From Neisseriaceae bacterium (GTDB lineage: Bacteria > Pseudomonadota > Gammaproteobacteria > Burkholderiales > UBA11063), in the NCBI GenBank assembly GCA_003962895.1, contig RXKI01000004.1:7616-70374 (forward strand): a stretch of 62,759 bases of DNA, given 5' to 3'. Every line of letters starts with the position of its first letter. The first letter of the stretch is position 1. Both the position numbers and the translations under genes were made by a program. Below the pieces are notes generated by a model. That model ran no database searches and was not told the DNA's origin. It worked only from the letters and a program-made list of their open reading frames with translations. Shown here one piece after another: positions 41,315-52,174 of the stretch.

Positions 41315-41395
41315 GCAATCGTGGCAGAACGGTTATGCACTCGGTTCTTACCCGAAGACTTAATGTCAAAAGAGGTTCGACTTCTCTCGGTTGCA
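41315..41395 (+). tRNA. tRNA with CTT anticodon (Lys) and class-II-like body
   Basis: gcaatcg/cggttgc, A73, loop TTCTTAC, variable arm gac-ttaat-gtc. Confidence 0.72.
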
Positions 41396-41419
41396 TTTTT
41401 TTTGAAATTGTTTGCAAAT

Positions 41420-41492
41420 GGGTCCGTGGACCAGCGGAGTGGTCGCTTTCCTGTCACGAAAGAGATCGGGGGTTCAAATCCCCTCGGACCCG
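41420..41492 (+). tRNA. tRNA-Asp (GTC)
   Basis: gggtccg/cggaccc, G73, loop CTGTCAC. Confidence 0.9.
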
Positions 41493-41502
41493 CTTTTTTT
41501 AG

Positions 41503-41575
41503 TCCCCTGTAGCATAATTGGCGATGCAACTCCCTCTGAAGGAGGAGATTTCAGGTTCAAACCCTGACGGGGCAA
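41503..41575 (+). tRNA. tRNA-Gln (CTG)
   Basis: Loop CTCTGAA; one acceptor-stem mismatch. Confidence 0.75.
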
Positions 41576-41583
41576 TTTAATCT

Positions 41584-41656
<73 letters not shown>

Positions 41657-41676
41657 TTTTAAATCAGGAATGAACA

Positions 41677-41856
41677 ATGAAAAACAAATTGTGTGTTGCT
41701 TTAGGAGCATTAACTCCTGTAATTGGGTTTGGCATTGTTAGCTGTATTGACAATGGAGAACCAAATATTTTTTCAGTTGGTGTTTTGATTAGTACATTAA
41801 TTATTACTGTTCTTTTAGTTATTGGTGGTTGTGCTGGTGGTATCTTTAAGGAATAA
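41677..41856 (+). CDS. Small membrane protein (59 aa) not in the ORF track
   Basis: MKNKLCVALGALTPVIGFGIV...; two hydrophobic segments; AGGA upstream. Confidence 0.55.
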   Translation: MKNKLCVALGALTPVIGFGIVSCIDNGEPNIFSVGVLISTLIITVLLVIGGCAGGIFKE

Positions 41857-42010
41857 TCATGGATATAAAATACTTTGCTGATGGCAAGCCTCATTTAATT
41901 AAACAAAAAGATTTTGTAAAAGTAGTTACTTCTGAAGAATTTCAAGAAGAAATTACAAAAGAAATAGATGAAGAAATTTTACGATCATTAACTTCTCAAC
42001 AGAATAATCT

Positions 42011-42089
42011 GACGCAAGAGCCTAAATCATTGAGGAAATGAGCAACTCTGCAAAAGTTGTGGCAAGTGGCTCGACTCCACCTTGCGTCT
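42011..42089 (+). tRNA. tRNA-Cys (GCA)
   Basis: gacgcaa/ttgcgtc, U73, loop CTGCAAA; enlarged D region. Confidence 0.72.
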
Positions 42090-43062
42090 TTTTCTATTTT
42101 ACTTGCTATAAAAAAGCAGTATAATACACTAGGAGCAAATAATGAGTGATAATATTTTTGAAGTGCTTGAATTACTACAGCGAGCGAGAGCTATTTTTGC
42201 TCACAAAAATGAAATTTTGGAATTTTATGAAGAAAAATTACATCAATTTCCAAAAGGCAGTAAAGAATATAATGAGCTTGAAGCTAAGTGCATAGAAATA
42301 ATTCAAGATCAGATATCTTCAATAAATCAAATTAAACTTAAAATCACAAATTAAGAATAGTTGGAGAATGTCATGTTTATTATTTGTCTTTTTGAAAAAT
42401 ATTATATTAGAGTTAATGAATCAAATTGGGATGAAATTTACAATCCTAATTATGCTACTACTTTTAAGTCTAAAAAAGAGGCGAATGATTGGGTGGATAG
42501 AAACACCACATTAAAGCAATATGCTCAAATTGTAGATTCCAAAAAGGCTATAAAGAAATATGATGAATGGGAAAAGGATGGAAGCATTAGAAGATCGTTT
42601 GATTTAGTAGACAATAATCTTTCAAGACCTTATGCGGGAGAATCTCCTGAAGAAGTTTTAAAATGGATGTTAGAAGTAGATATAGACAAAATTAGATATG
42701 AAGATTATAAAACTTGGCCTGACTTACATTCATTGTTTAAGCACATCCATAGACTGGATAAATTCCACTCAGACGATTATACAAAACAATATACTTCTTT
42801 TTCATTTTATTTTAAACCAGATTCTAATTTTGAAGAATTCAAAAAGGAATTTGATTTAGTTGTTGAAAAAACAACTTATGAAAAAGATGGTTATAAGGTT
42901 TTCGATATATTTGATAGATTTTTATGTGAAGGCGGGAACTCTGTTGATTTCTTTTATAAAAATGATGAAGATTGTTATGTAGGTGGAAGATGGAGCAAAC
43001 AAGTAAGCGGTTCTTTAAAGGAATGTTTTGAATATCTTAAAAAAGAAAGGTATTATGAATAA

Positions 43063-43506
43063 ATGTTTTATTTGATTAGAGCAGGAGAAAACATCGATAT
43101 ACATATGCCAGATTTTTGCCAACGTCACAAAGAATTTAAAGAATCTTGGTTTAGACATGACAAAAAATGGGACATATCGGTTTGTCATAGAAAGAGAGGA
43201 CCGTCTGTAACTTATAAAAATGGAAAAAATTTGTGGCATGAAGATGGGGAAAAATATTCAAAAATCAAAACAGATTATTCTGTGGAAACTTTTAAAATAA
43301 AGCATCAAGGCAGTTTTGAACTTCATTCTTTTTCTGATAACCCATCAGTTGTTTATAACAATGGCACTAAAGAATGGCATTCTTTCGGCGAGTTACACAG
43401 AGAATTAAGACCAGCGGTTGTTTATTCAAATGGCGATAAAGAATGGTGGATACACGGGAAAAAATGTAAATGCAGTCACGGAAAAAAAGAATACTGTTTT
43501 CTTTAA
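43063..43506 (+). CDS. HR-x-x-x-PA beta-repeat protein (MORN/YwqK-like paralog)
   Basis: NGTKEW..FGELHRELRPAVVYSNGDKEWW. Confidence 0.7.
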   Translation: MFYLIRAGENIDIHMPDFCQRHKEFKESWFRHDKKWDISVCHRKRGPSVTYKNGKNLWHEDGEKYSKIKTDYSVETFKIKHQGSFELHSFSDNPSVVYNNGTKEWHSFGELHRELRPAVVYSNGDKEWWIHGKKCKCSHGKKEYCFL

Positions 43507-44677
43507 TAGAAGGAGAATAAAAATGGCTAATCATGCTTGGGTGAAAACTCGTAAGGTCATGAAACCAGAGCAGATTTCTGATATTATTGAAAATCTTAAC
43601 AAAACAAAGTTTAAAAATCTTTTGAAAGTAGATTATCATTTAGCAACATTGGAAGAACCTGGATGGGGAGAACATACTTGGCTTGTCAGTTTAGGAAAAA
43701 TGCAAAAAGTTTGTTGGTTGGAGACTTCTCGTCACTTTGAAATTAGTCATGGTGGTGGAGGAGGAAGTTTGTTGTGGTGGCTTGACATTAGTATTACAAA
43801 CGATGTTGCGTTACGGTTTAATGGAAATATTTCAGATGATGGTGTTTCTGGAAAGTGGAAAGGAAAAGAAAATTATTTTCCAACTTTAAAATCTTATTTA
43901 GAAGACAAACTTTCTTTTCTGCCAACTGAGGATAGAGAAAAAGCTATCAAACAAGAACTTGAATTTAATGAGTTTTTAGGCTTGTCTGAGTTTGTTTCTT
44001 AAGTTTTAATTGACTTGACTCTATTTTTTGATATAATGGATTTTAGAACAAATCTGGAGTCCAAAATGAACTTTGAAGTTGGAGATAATGTAAAGATTAC
44101 TGGTGGACCTTATTACTTGGCTAAATCTGGAAATAAGATTCCAATGGGAGAAAAAGGCGTTGGAACTTTTGTGAGAGCCGAAGAAGACGGAACAGCCTTG
44201 TATATAAAAATTGCAGGTATGGTAAGGTATGTTTATATCGGTCCAGAACATACCTCAGATACAGGAACAATTATGAGTCCACACAAGGTTGTAAAAGTTA
44301 AGGTAAAGGCAAAATGACAAAAGATGAAGAGATATTATCTAAAGCAAATTTGCTTGCCAATGAAATGTGTAAACATTTAACTGCTGATATCAATAAAAGT
44401 GAATTTTTAACTATTTGTGATTTTATTTTTCATATTAGTTATGAATTAAAAGAGAATTGGTTTATGGACTATATTAAATATAAAGAAAATTATTTATTGA
44501 GAAGTAATATAAACGATTGGTTGTTATCTTATATCAAAGGTGCAGATTTATTTAAATCAAATATTTTCTTGTCTACTTCAACAAAAACTTGGTGGCAAAT
44601 ACTTAATGGCAAAAAGTCAACTTTAATTAAAGAAAAGGCTGAATCTTTCTTAAAAGTATACAAAAATGGTTTGAAAT

Positions 44678-45541
44678 ATGAATTTAATAGTTGAAACAGA
44701 TATTGGACACGATCCAGATGATTTCTTTTCTATTTGTTATTTAATAGCAGCGGGAGTTAATGTAAGAGCTATTTGCATATCTCCAGGCGACCCAGATCAA
44801 GTTGCAATTGCCAAATTAATTCTTAAGCAAATTGGTTTAGACATTCCAGTTGGGATTAGTCATGAAAATAGAAGTAAGTTATCTTCAGGCTCAATTCACC
44901 ATGAATTGTTAAAAAAATATGGAATGAAATTAACAGAAAATCCAGACGGAATGGGCTGTCAAATTATTGAAGATACTATTAAAAAGTATCCAGACTGTGA
45001 ATTTCTGGTAATTGGTCCTGCAACAAATGTTGGAAAGTTTCTTAAAGATAAGCAAGATATTTGTTTTGAATCAGTAACTATGCAAGGAGGTTTTTTGCCT
45101 TATTCTTTGTATAAACCGTTCTGGGTGTGTCCTAATTTTGAGGGAAAAGAATGGATGCCAACCTTTAATTTAAATGGAGATAGACCTGCTGGAAGTCTTT
45201 TTTTATCTTCTAAATTTAAGTCTAGAAGAATGGTTGGTAAAAATATATGTCATACGATTTTGTTTGACAAAGATAAATTAAATGACATAAACCCTAAATG
45301 TACGGCTTCCTTATTGTTTAAAGAAGCTGCTGAAATGTATTTTTTAAAACACGACAGTAAAAAGTTTCACGATCCAACGGCGGCTTGTTTGCATCTTCAT
45401 CCTGAAATTGGGTTATGGTTTAAAGGCAAAACAATTAAAAATTCTAGTGGATGGACAACTGTAGCTGATTATCAAGGTGACGATATCCTTGCAGACTTAG
45501 ATGAAGAAATGCTTTGGGATTTTTTGCTAAATTTTAAATAA
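44678..45541 (+). CDS. Inosine/uridine-preferring nucleoside hydrolase family protein
   Basis: ETDIGHDPDD, IGPATN, MQGG, FNLNGD, HDP. Confidence 0.85.
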   Translation: MNLIVETDIGHDPDDFFSICYLIAAGVNVRAICISPGDPDQVAIAKLILKQIGLDIPVGISHENRSKLSSGSIHHELLKKYGMKLTENPDGMGCQIIEDTIKKYPDCEFLVIGPATNVGKFLKDKQDICFESVTMQGGFLPYSLYKPFWVCPNFEGKEWMPTFNLNGDRPAGSLFLSSKFKSRRMVGKNICHTILFDKDKLNDINPKCTASLLFKEAAEMYFLKHDSKKFHDPTAACLHLHPEIGLWFKGKTIKNSSGWTTVADYQGDDILADLDEEMLWDFLLNFK

Positions 45542-46559
45542 AAAGAAAGAACAAAATGTTTAATGTAGAAGCGTATATTTCTGACAAGTCGACTCCTGAT
45601 TTTTTATTAGACATAAATGGAAATTGGTTGAGCGTAAATTCATTAAATGAATATGAAATAGAGAATTTCGCATCAGAAGAAGAAGCTGAGAACGCTTTGA
45701 AGTTTGCAAATTTAGAAGGAATTGTCCGTACTTCTATTGTTTCTAGCTTGAAGTGGCATTGTCAAAAGGTATAATTTTCAAAATCTTTTGGCAAGGAGAA
45801 AACCGTGGCAGATGAAATTTTGATTAGAGTAAGAAGCACTCATGATGACCCATATGAGTATAGTGACGTAACTCTATCTCAAGAGACTGTAACTTTAGAA
45901 CAATTAATACAAGAAAATGAAAGTATTTTTCGAGGATTAGGATATATTAAAATCAATGACGCTGGAAAAGTAGATAAAAAAGATATTGAAATTTTAAGAA
46001 GAAGTGGTTGGATTCATGAAAAGACTGTTGAAGACAGAGAAAAGAAAAAGATTTTAAAGCAAGATTATTTTTTGGTTGATGAAAATCCTAAATTTGTGTT
46101 TTATCCACAAGTTAGGAAGGTCAACATCGAAGAATTGACAGAGCAGCAATTGGATCAACTTTCAACAACTGCAAAGATAGTTCAAGAAGTAGATGAAAAG
46201 AGTGTTTTGTCTGAGGCTCAAAATAAGAGACTTGAGACAAAGAAAAGACAAGAACAAGAACGTAAAAACAAGAAAAAGCTATCTGCACAGAAGAAGGCTG
46301 AAAAGAAGAAGGAAAAAGAGCTAGAAGCAGCTAGAAAATTGTTATTGGAAGCAGGACAGATTTAAATTGGACCTCAAAGAAGTTAACATTTCACTTGGAA
46401 AATTGGCTAGTTTGATTGGTATTGTTTTTATTGTTTTTTATCTTATTTTTGGAATGATAACTATTACTACTATTTTTGGATTCACATATTGCGTTTTGGC
46501 ATCTATCATTATGTTTTTAACATTAATTGGATTTTAAAATGTATAACCATAAATAAAAT

Positions 46560-47408
46560 ATGGGCAATTTAAAAAAAATGAAACAACCAGACTCTGAGAC
46601 TTTAATTCCGCAGACTTTAGGCGGATCAATGTTCATTAGGAATGCAATACAATTTGATTATTGTGTTTGCGAAGCCTTAGCTAGTTTGTGTAGTTTATGC
46701 GATAAAGTTGTAATTGTTGACGCAAGCAGCACAGATGGAACCTTGGAAATGCTCCAAGAATTCCAGAAAAACCATGATAATTTAAAGTTAGTCTCGGGTG
46801 AAAAATGGGAATGTCATGAAAAGTATGATAGATTGAGAATACTTGCAGATATTGCCAAAAGTCATTTAAAAACTGACTGGCATTTTATGCTTCAAGCAGA
46901 TGAAGTTATTCATGAAAGTAGCTTCAAAACTATTAGAAAAGCAATTAAAAGTGAAAAATATGATTCTTATACTGTAAGAAGAATGAATTTGTTTGGAGAT
47001 TTGAATCATTATCTAAAATACGACATACCTCATGAGCATAAGCCTGTTAGCGATACTGTAATAAGATTGGCTAAACTTGAGTATAATGCTTATGGAGACG
47101 CAGAAAGCCTTCAGACGATCCCTGCAAGCTGTTCAAGCGTTTTGACTGATGAAATCTTGATTATGCATTATGGTTTTGTAAGAAGAGACAAGAACAATTT
47201 AGATAAAACAATATCAATGCAAAGTTGGTTTTGGGGAGAAGGAAGTCAGCCCGATCATCGAGTTGTTGAAATGGCAAAAAAAGGAACTAGATATGAATGG
47301 GAATTATTGAAATCTAGGGATTTATTGGAAAGAATTTATGTAAATCATCCTAAATTTGTCAAAAAATGGGCAGAAGAAAGACAAGCAGAAAAAATACCAG
47401 TTGTTTAA
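46560..47408 (+). CDS. Glycosyltransferase family 2
   Basis: CDKVVIVDASSTDGT, LQADE, HYGFVR. Confidence 0.82.
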   Translation: MGNLKKMKQPDSETLIPQTLGGSMFIRNAIQFDYCVCEALASLCSLCDKVVIVDASSTDGTLEMLQEFQKNHDNLKLVSGEKWECHEKYDRLRILADIAKSHLKTDWHFMLQADEVIHESSFKTIRKAIKSEKYDSYTVRRMNLFGDLNHYLKYDIPHEHKPVSDTVIRLAKLEYNAYGDAESLQTIPASCSSVLTDEILIMHYGFVRRDKNNLDKTISMQSWFWGEGSQPDHRVVEMAKKGTRYEWELLKSRDLLERIYVNHPKFVKKWAEERQAEKIPVV

Positions 47409-47415
47409 GGAAAAT

Positions 47416-47991
47416 ATGAAAATAATTTTAGAAGATAAAGGTTCTTATGAATTGTTTGATAAGATAATCAAAGCTATTATTGGAGACAAGATTTCAGATC
47501 AAACCTTCATAGATTTGTGTAGTTGTGAAGCAACCGCTACTAGAAATCTCCCTTTTAAAGAAAAGACTTATGTCGATGCTTTAGATTGTTGGGTAATTCC
47601 TGGGCAAATGGATAGATTTATTCAAACCGATGTTTTGGGAGATCATCCTTGTTTTGATAAAAAATATGATGTTGCAAACTGTTCAGATGGGATAGAACAT
47701 TTAATTAAAGAAGATGGATTTAGATTAATTGAAAAAATGAAGAAAATTTCTTCTAAACAAATTTTGTTTACTCCTCTTGGCGAGTATATGATTGAAGTTG
47801 GCAATCCTGATCCAAAATGTCACAAATCAGGCTGGGTCTCTTCTGATTTTGAAGGATTTGCTTCTATTGTTTGTCCAAATTGGCATCCCACCTTGGGTGT
47901 AGGAGGCGTTTGGGCTTGGAGAAGTGATGATCTTAAATCTGAATTCGAAAGAGTATTTTCTTTAATTGGAGGAAGAGTTGAAACCGATTGA
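47416..47991 (+). CDS. SAM-dependent methyltransferase-like protein
   Basis: FIDLCS, YDVANCSDGIEHL, LFTP, HKSGW; next to a glycosyltransferase. Confidence 0.6.
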   Translation: MKIILEDKGSYELFDKIIKAIIGDKISDQTFIDLCSCEATATRNLPFKEKTYVDALDCWVIPGQMDRFIQTDVLGDHPCFDKKYDVANCSDGIEHLIKEDGFRLIEKMKKISSKQILFTPLGEYMIEVGNPDPKCHKSGWVSSDFEGFASIVCPNWHPTLGVGGVWAWRSDDLKSEFERVFSLIGGRVETD

Positions 47992-48180
47992 AGTTTTGAA
48001 CGAGTTGATTTCTAGAGAATTTTTAATGCCAGGCAAAGACAAAAATCTAGGAGTAGGGCAAGTTGTCTTGAAAAAACTCTCTCCAGAAAAGTTAAAAATC
48101 ATTCAGGAATTAAAATCAGAAACACTTCAAAATTTGAGATTAGATTCGATTTTTGGGAAAAGACCACTATAATGAAACAA

Positions 48181-48253
48181 CGGCTACGAGGAAGACGGTC
48201 AATCCGCCTGACTTACATTCAGGACATACAGCGTTCGACTCGCTGGTAGCCGA
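48181..48253 (+). tRNA. tRNA-Val (TAC)
   Basis: cggctac/gtagccg, A73, loop CTTACAT. Confidence 0.75.
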
Positions 48254-48359
48254 TTTACTTTTTGGTTTTAGATAGTATAATGTTAGTATTGAGTAAGAAC
48301 CTCGGGACTTTCCGAGTAGTATAACTCTCCAGGGATTAGTAGAAATACTATTCCCCATC

Positions 48360-48432
48360 GCAAGTGTAACTCAATTGGCAGAGTACCTGATTTCCAATCA
48401 GGATGTTGCGGGTTCGACTCCCGCCACTTGCT
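48360..48432 (+). tRNA. tRNA-Gly (TCC)
   Basis: Canonical cloverleaf, loop TTTCCAA. Confidence 0.9.
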
Positions 48433-48888
48433 TTTTTTAAGGAAAAAAAATGAACGAATATAGAAAATTACAACGAGAGAAAAAACGAGGCGGTAATTGT
48501 ATATTTAGTTTGTATGATGAAACAACTAAAGTTGAGCGAAGTGTTTTATGTGGCTGCGGATATAGAGAACCAATCGGCAAAAAACATAATAATAGAATTG
48601 TTCGTAGAAAATTAAAATTGTCTTTAGAAAAAGAATTTGAATAATGCATTTCAAAGTTACTGAAAACGAAGTTGGCAAAAATGGAGAGCCTTACAAGTAT
48701 TCAGTATCATGTGATGCCCCAGACGCTTATTTCGGTGGAAGAGGAGATACAATCTCAGAAGCCATTGGAGATTGCATTATTTCCAATCGTGAAGAGTTAA
48801 ACATTACTTTTGATGTACATACAAAAGATGGGCAAGTTCTTAGATCGAATGTATATGGTAAGCCTAGAAAAAATTAGAAATAAGATAA

Positions 48889-49509
48889 ATGTTAGTTGTC
48901 TCAAGATTTAATGAAGATTTGGAATGGGTCGAGGATTTTGATAAATTCCAAATTTACAATAAAGGCAAAGACGATTTAGATTTAGGTTCAATACATTTAG
49001 GAAATTTTGGCAGGGAAGCCCATACTTATTTGCATCATATCATCACTCATTATCATAATTTAGATGATATAATGATATTTTCTCAAGGCAAGTATGAAGA
49101 TCATTTTCCTAACTTTAAGGATTTGATTTACAATAGGTTGGGTTTTTCTATAGACACAGCCAAGCCTAATTCATTTAATGGGATCAGTGTTTCTAATAGA
49201 GGTGATTTTTCTTTTAGGGATTGTTTTTGTGATGAGGGTAGAAAATATTCTTTAGAGGAATGGTGGGAGCAGACTACTGGTGAGAAGTATATTCAGAGTG
49301 AATATGTTTTTTTTAACAGTTGTTTTTCTGTAAGTAGAGAATTTATTTTAAAGAGAAGTTTGGAGAGTTATATTAAGATATATTTAACTCTTTGTGATTC
49401 AATTAATCCTATTGAGGGTCATTTTTGTGAGAGGGCTTGGTTTAACATATTTAATTTGCCTTTGAATTGTATTTCAGTCATTACGCAACATAAAGATTTC
49501 AAATTATAA
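48889..49509 (+). CDS. DUF3431-like protein
   Basis: VVSRFNEDLEW, IYNKG, NFGREAHTYLHHII, GHFCERAW. Confidence 0.8.
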   Translation: MLVVSRFNEDLEWVEDFDKFQIYNKGKDDLDLGSIHLGNFGREAHTYLHHIITHYHNLDDIMIFSQGKYEDHFPNFKDLIYNRLGFSIDTAKPNSFNGISVSNRGDFSFRDCFCDEGRKYSLEEWWEQTTGEKYIQSEYVFFNSCFSVSREFILKRSLESYIKIYLTLCDSINPIEGHFCERAWFNIFNLPLNCISVITQHKDFKL

Positions 49510-49696
49510 TGTCATTTGAATAAATACTGTATAACAATAACAAGGAGGTTATTATGAGTAAATGGATTGATAAGGTTATTTCTTTTAAAGTTTGGCTCTT
49601 CGGTTTGGGAGTCCCAACTTTAGCGATTGTCCTTTGGTGGATAATCAAATCTTTGATTTGCTTATTGACTGGCGTTTGTCTAATATGACAAATAGA

Positions 49697-49768
49697 GACA
49701 GAGAAGCCAAATGGTTAGGCTGCGATTTCATAAGTCGTTATTTGTGGGTTCGAATCCCATCTCTGTCA
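49697..49768 (+). tRNA. tRNA (CAT; elongator Met or Ile2)
   Basis: gacagag/ctctgtc, loop TTCATAA. Confidence 0.8.
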
Positions 49769-49788
49769 TTTTTTAATTTCTTTGAGAA

Positions 49789-50253
49789 ATGAAAATGTAT
49801 TCTTTGACAATAGTTTCTTCTTTTGTTCGGAATAATAAATATTGGCACAATAATGGTAAGTTCCATAGGATAAAAGGACCAGCGTTATGTTCTGATGAAG
49901 GCTATTCATTTAGTCGGTCGCTTATGTTTTACTATGATGTTATTGAAGCATGGTATAAAAATGGAGATTTTCATAGAGATAATGATCTGCCTGCTGTGAT
50001 CTTCGCAAACAAAAATAAAGAATTTTGGAAAAATGGACGTTTATATCAATTTTTAGAATATCCAAATGGAACTAAAGAATGGTATTGTTGGAATGTTTTA
50101 CATAAAGAAGACGGTCCTGCTGTAATTTATCCTAATGGAGATGTTGAATATTGGTATACTGGACATCGACATCGTATAGATGGACCTGCTGTAATTTATG
50201 GAGGTAAACAATACTGGTTTCTACTTGGAGAATTTCAAAAGTGTATCGTTTGA
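49789..50253 (+). CDS. HR-x-x-x-PA beta-repeat protein
   Basis: HRDNDLPAVI, HRIDGPAVIYGGKQYWF. Confidence 0.75.
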   Translation: MKMYSLTIVSSFVRNNKYWHNNGKFHRIKGPALCSDEGYSFSRSLMFYYDVIEAWYKNGDFHRDNDLPAVIFANKNKEFWKNGRLYQFLEYPNGTKEWYCWNVLHKEDGPAVIYPNGDVEYWYTGHRHRIDGPAVIYGGKQYWFLLGEFQKCIV

Positions 50254-50585
50254 TTATAAAAAGTGGGAATAAAGCATGGAGTAAGAATGGATTTTGGCAT
50301 CGATGTAATGATTTGCCTGCCATTGAATTTTCAAATGGATACAAAGAATGGTGGAAAAAAGGAAAACATTATTTTTTAAAAAAATATGAAAATGGAACAA
50401 AGGAATATTATAACTTTAAAGGTCAACTAGACAGTTGCAGTAACGAGCCAGCGATAATTTATTCTAATGGAGACAAAGAATATTGGTATAATGGAAAAAG
50501 ACACAAATCAGACGGACCTGCTGTGATCTATGGCAATAAACAATATTGGTTTGAGTATGGAGAGTTTATTAAATGTATCGTTTAA
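50241..50585 (+). CDS. HR-x-x-x-PA beta-repeat protein
   Basis: Tandem paralog, same C-terminal motif. Confidence 0.75.
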   Translation: MYRLIIKSGNKAWSKNGFWHRCNDLPAIEFSNGYKEWWKKGKHYFLKKYENGTKEYYNFKGQLDSCSNEPAIIYSNGDKEYWYNGKRHKSDGPAVIYGNKQYWFEYGEFIKCIV

Positions 50586-50983
50586 TCTCAAAAAGAGGAG
50601 AAAGATTTTGGTATAAAAATAGAAATAAACATAGATCAAAAGGCTTGCCTGCTGTTGAATGGGATAATGGTACAAAAGAATGGTATAGGAATGGGAAATT
50701 GCATCGAGATAATGATTTGCCTGCAATTGAATGGGCGAATGGAGGTAAAGCATTTTATTTTAATGGACTTTTATATCAATTTATGGAACATCCAAATGGA
50801 ACAAAGGAATATCGTGACTTTTACGGACTTTTACATAGAAACAAAAAACCAGCTATTGTTTATGCAAATGGAGATAAAGAATATTGGGTGAATGGAAAAA
50901 GACATAAAAAAAATGGTCCTGCTGTAATTTATGGGAAAAATAAGTATTGGTTTGAAAACGGAAATTTCATTAAGCGTAGTTGA
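50573..50983 (+). CDS. HR-x-x-x-PA beta-repeat protein
   Basis: Tandem paralog, same C-terminal motif. Confidence 0.75.
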   Translation: MYRLISKRGERFWYKNRNKHRSKGLPAVEWDNGTKEWYRNGKLHRDNDLPAIEWANGGKAFYFNGLLYQFMEHPNGTKEYRDFYGLLHRNKKPAIVYANGDKEYWVNGKRHKKNGPAVIYGKNKYWFENGNFIKRS

Positions 50984-51054
50984 AAAATCTTATATCTGTC
51001 ATTTTACAAATATTTTTTTTGTAGTACAATATTCCAAGTCTTATTGTTTTTCTC

Positions 51055-51393
51055 TTGGAGATTTACATGTTTCTTGGTAATTCTAAGCTAAAAGTGAGAA
51101 AAGCGAAGCACGCTACTCTCTATACTTTTTACTGTCCTGGATGTGATGAAACACACACATACCAGATTTTAACTCCCGAGGCAGAAAATGAAGCACGGGC
51201 TTTTAACGGAAAGTTTTCAGTTGAAAACTGGACTTTTAATGGAGATTTTGAAAAGCCTACATTTTCTCCATCTTTGCACTATGCAACTAATCGTCGAAGA
51301 TGCCATTTATTTTTAAGAGATGGCATTATTGATTACTGTCAAGATTCGTGGCACAAGTATTCTGGGCAAAAAATCCCTCTTCAGGACTTTTAA
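51055..51393 (+). CDS. DUF6527-like Zn-binding protein
   Basis: FYCPGCDETH...WTFNGDFEKPTFSPSL...RCHLFLRDG...DSWH. Confidence 0.65.
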   Translation: MEIYMFLGNSKLKVRKAKHATLYTFYCPGCDETHTYQILTPEAENEARAFNGKFSVENWTFNGDFEKPTFSPSLHYATNRRRCHLFLRDGIIDYCQDSWHKYSGQKIPLQDF

Positions 51394-51395
51394 AA

Positions 51396-51734
51396 TTGAA
51401 ACCAAGAACTTTTAGCTACTTTTCAGTTTCTGAAGAAGTTAAGAAAGCTGCTGAAGAAGGTATGCCTTTGGCGGAATTACAGATTGTAGGGCTTTCTACT
51501 AGAACAATAAATACTTTGGAAGACCATAAGTGTGTCTTTCTTAAAGATTTGTTGAAGCTGACTAGAGAACGTGTAAAAGCAATGAATGGTATGGGAGATT
51601 TTGCAATTTTTGAAATTGAAAGATCATTTAACAACTTTGGTTCTTTTGATAAAAAAACTAAAGAATTAAATAAAACCACTTCAAAAATTGACAAGTATAT
51701 TTCTCAAGCTAATTCTCGTGTTTATTTGGATTGA
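51396..51734 (+). CDS. Stand-alone RNA polymerase alpha-CTD-like protein
   Basis: PLAEL...LSTRTINTLE....FLKDLL..TRERV....GMG..AIFEI; start uncertain. Confidence 0.7.
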   Translation: MKPRTFSYFSVSEEVKKAAEEGMPLAELQIVGLSTRTINTLEDHKCVFLKDLLKLTRERVKAMNGMGDFAIFEIERSFNNFGSFDKKTKELNKTTSKIDKYISQANSRVYLD

Positions 51735-51976
51735 AAAAGGAAAAATCAATGTCTGAAAAAAGAAAATCAATTATTGTTGCTGTGACCGATGGATTTTTGC
51801 CTAAGATTAATGACTTGGCAAATTCTCTAAGAAAAGAAGGAATGCTTATTGATCGTGTTTTTCCTATTTTAGGGGTAATTACTGGAGAGGTTTTATCTGA
51901 AAATATTGAAAAAATTAAATCTATTCAAGGCGTTTTAAATGTAGAAGATGATTTAGAAATGAAAGCAACAGCATGA
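51731..51976 (+). CDS. Small ferredoxin-like protein resembling subtilase I9 propeptide
   Basis: GVITGEV....IEKIKSIQGVLNVEDD. Confidence 0.5.
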   Translation: MKKEKSMSEKRKSIIVAVTDGFLPKINDLANSLRKEGMLIDRVFPILGVITGEVLSENIEKIKSIQGVLNVEDDLEMKATA

Positions 51977-52174
51977 AGTCAAGATTTTCAATCCATGATT
52001 GTTCGGTAGCGATGCTTGCGATGCTTGAAGTTTTGAGAAAGACGGCATCTCCTGAACAAATTCAAGAATTAATTGATGCTCATGATTGCATCAGTGAAAT
52101 TGACGAGCATGGAATTAATGGTCCTGCTGCATTAGGTATTGGAATATATGGTGGTCATGTAGTTGGGGATTGAA

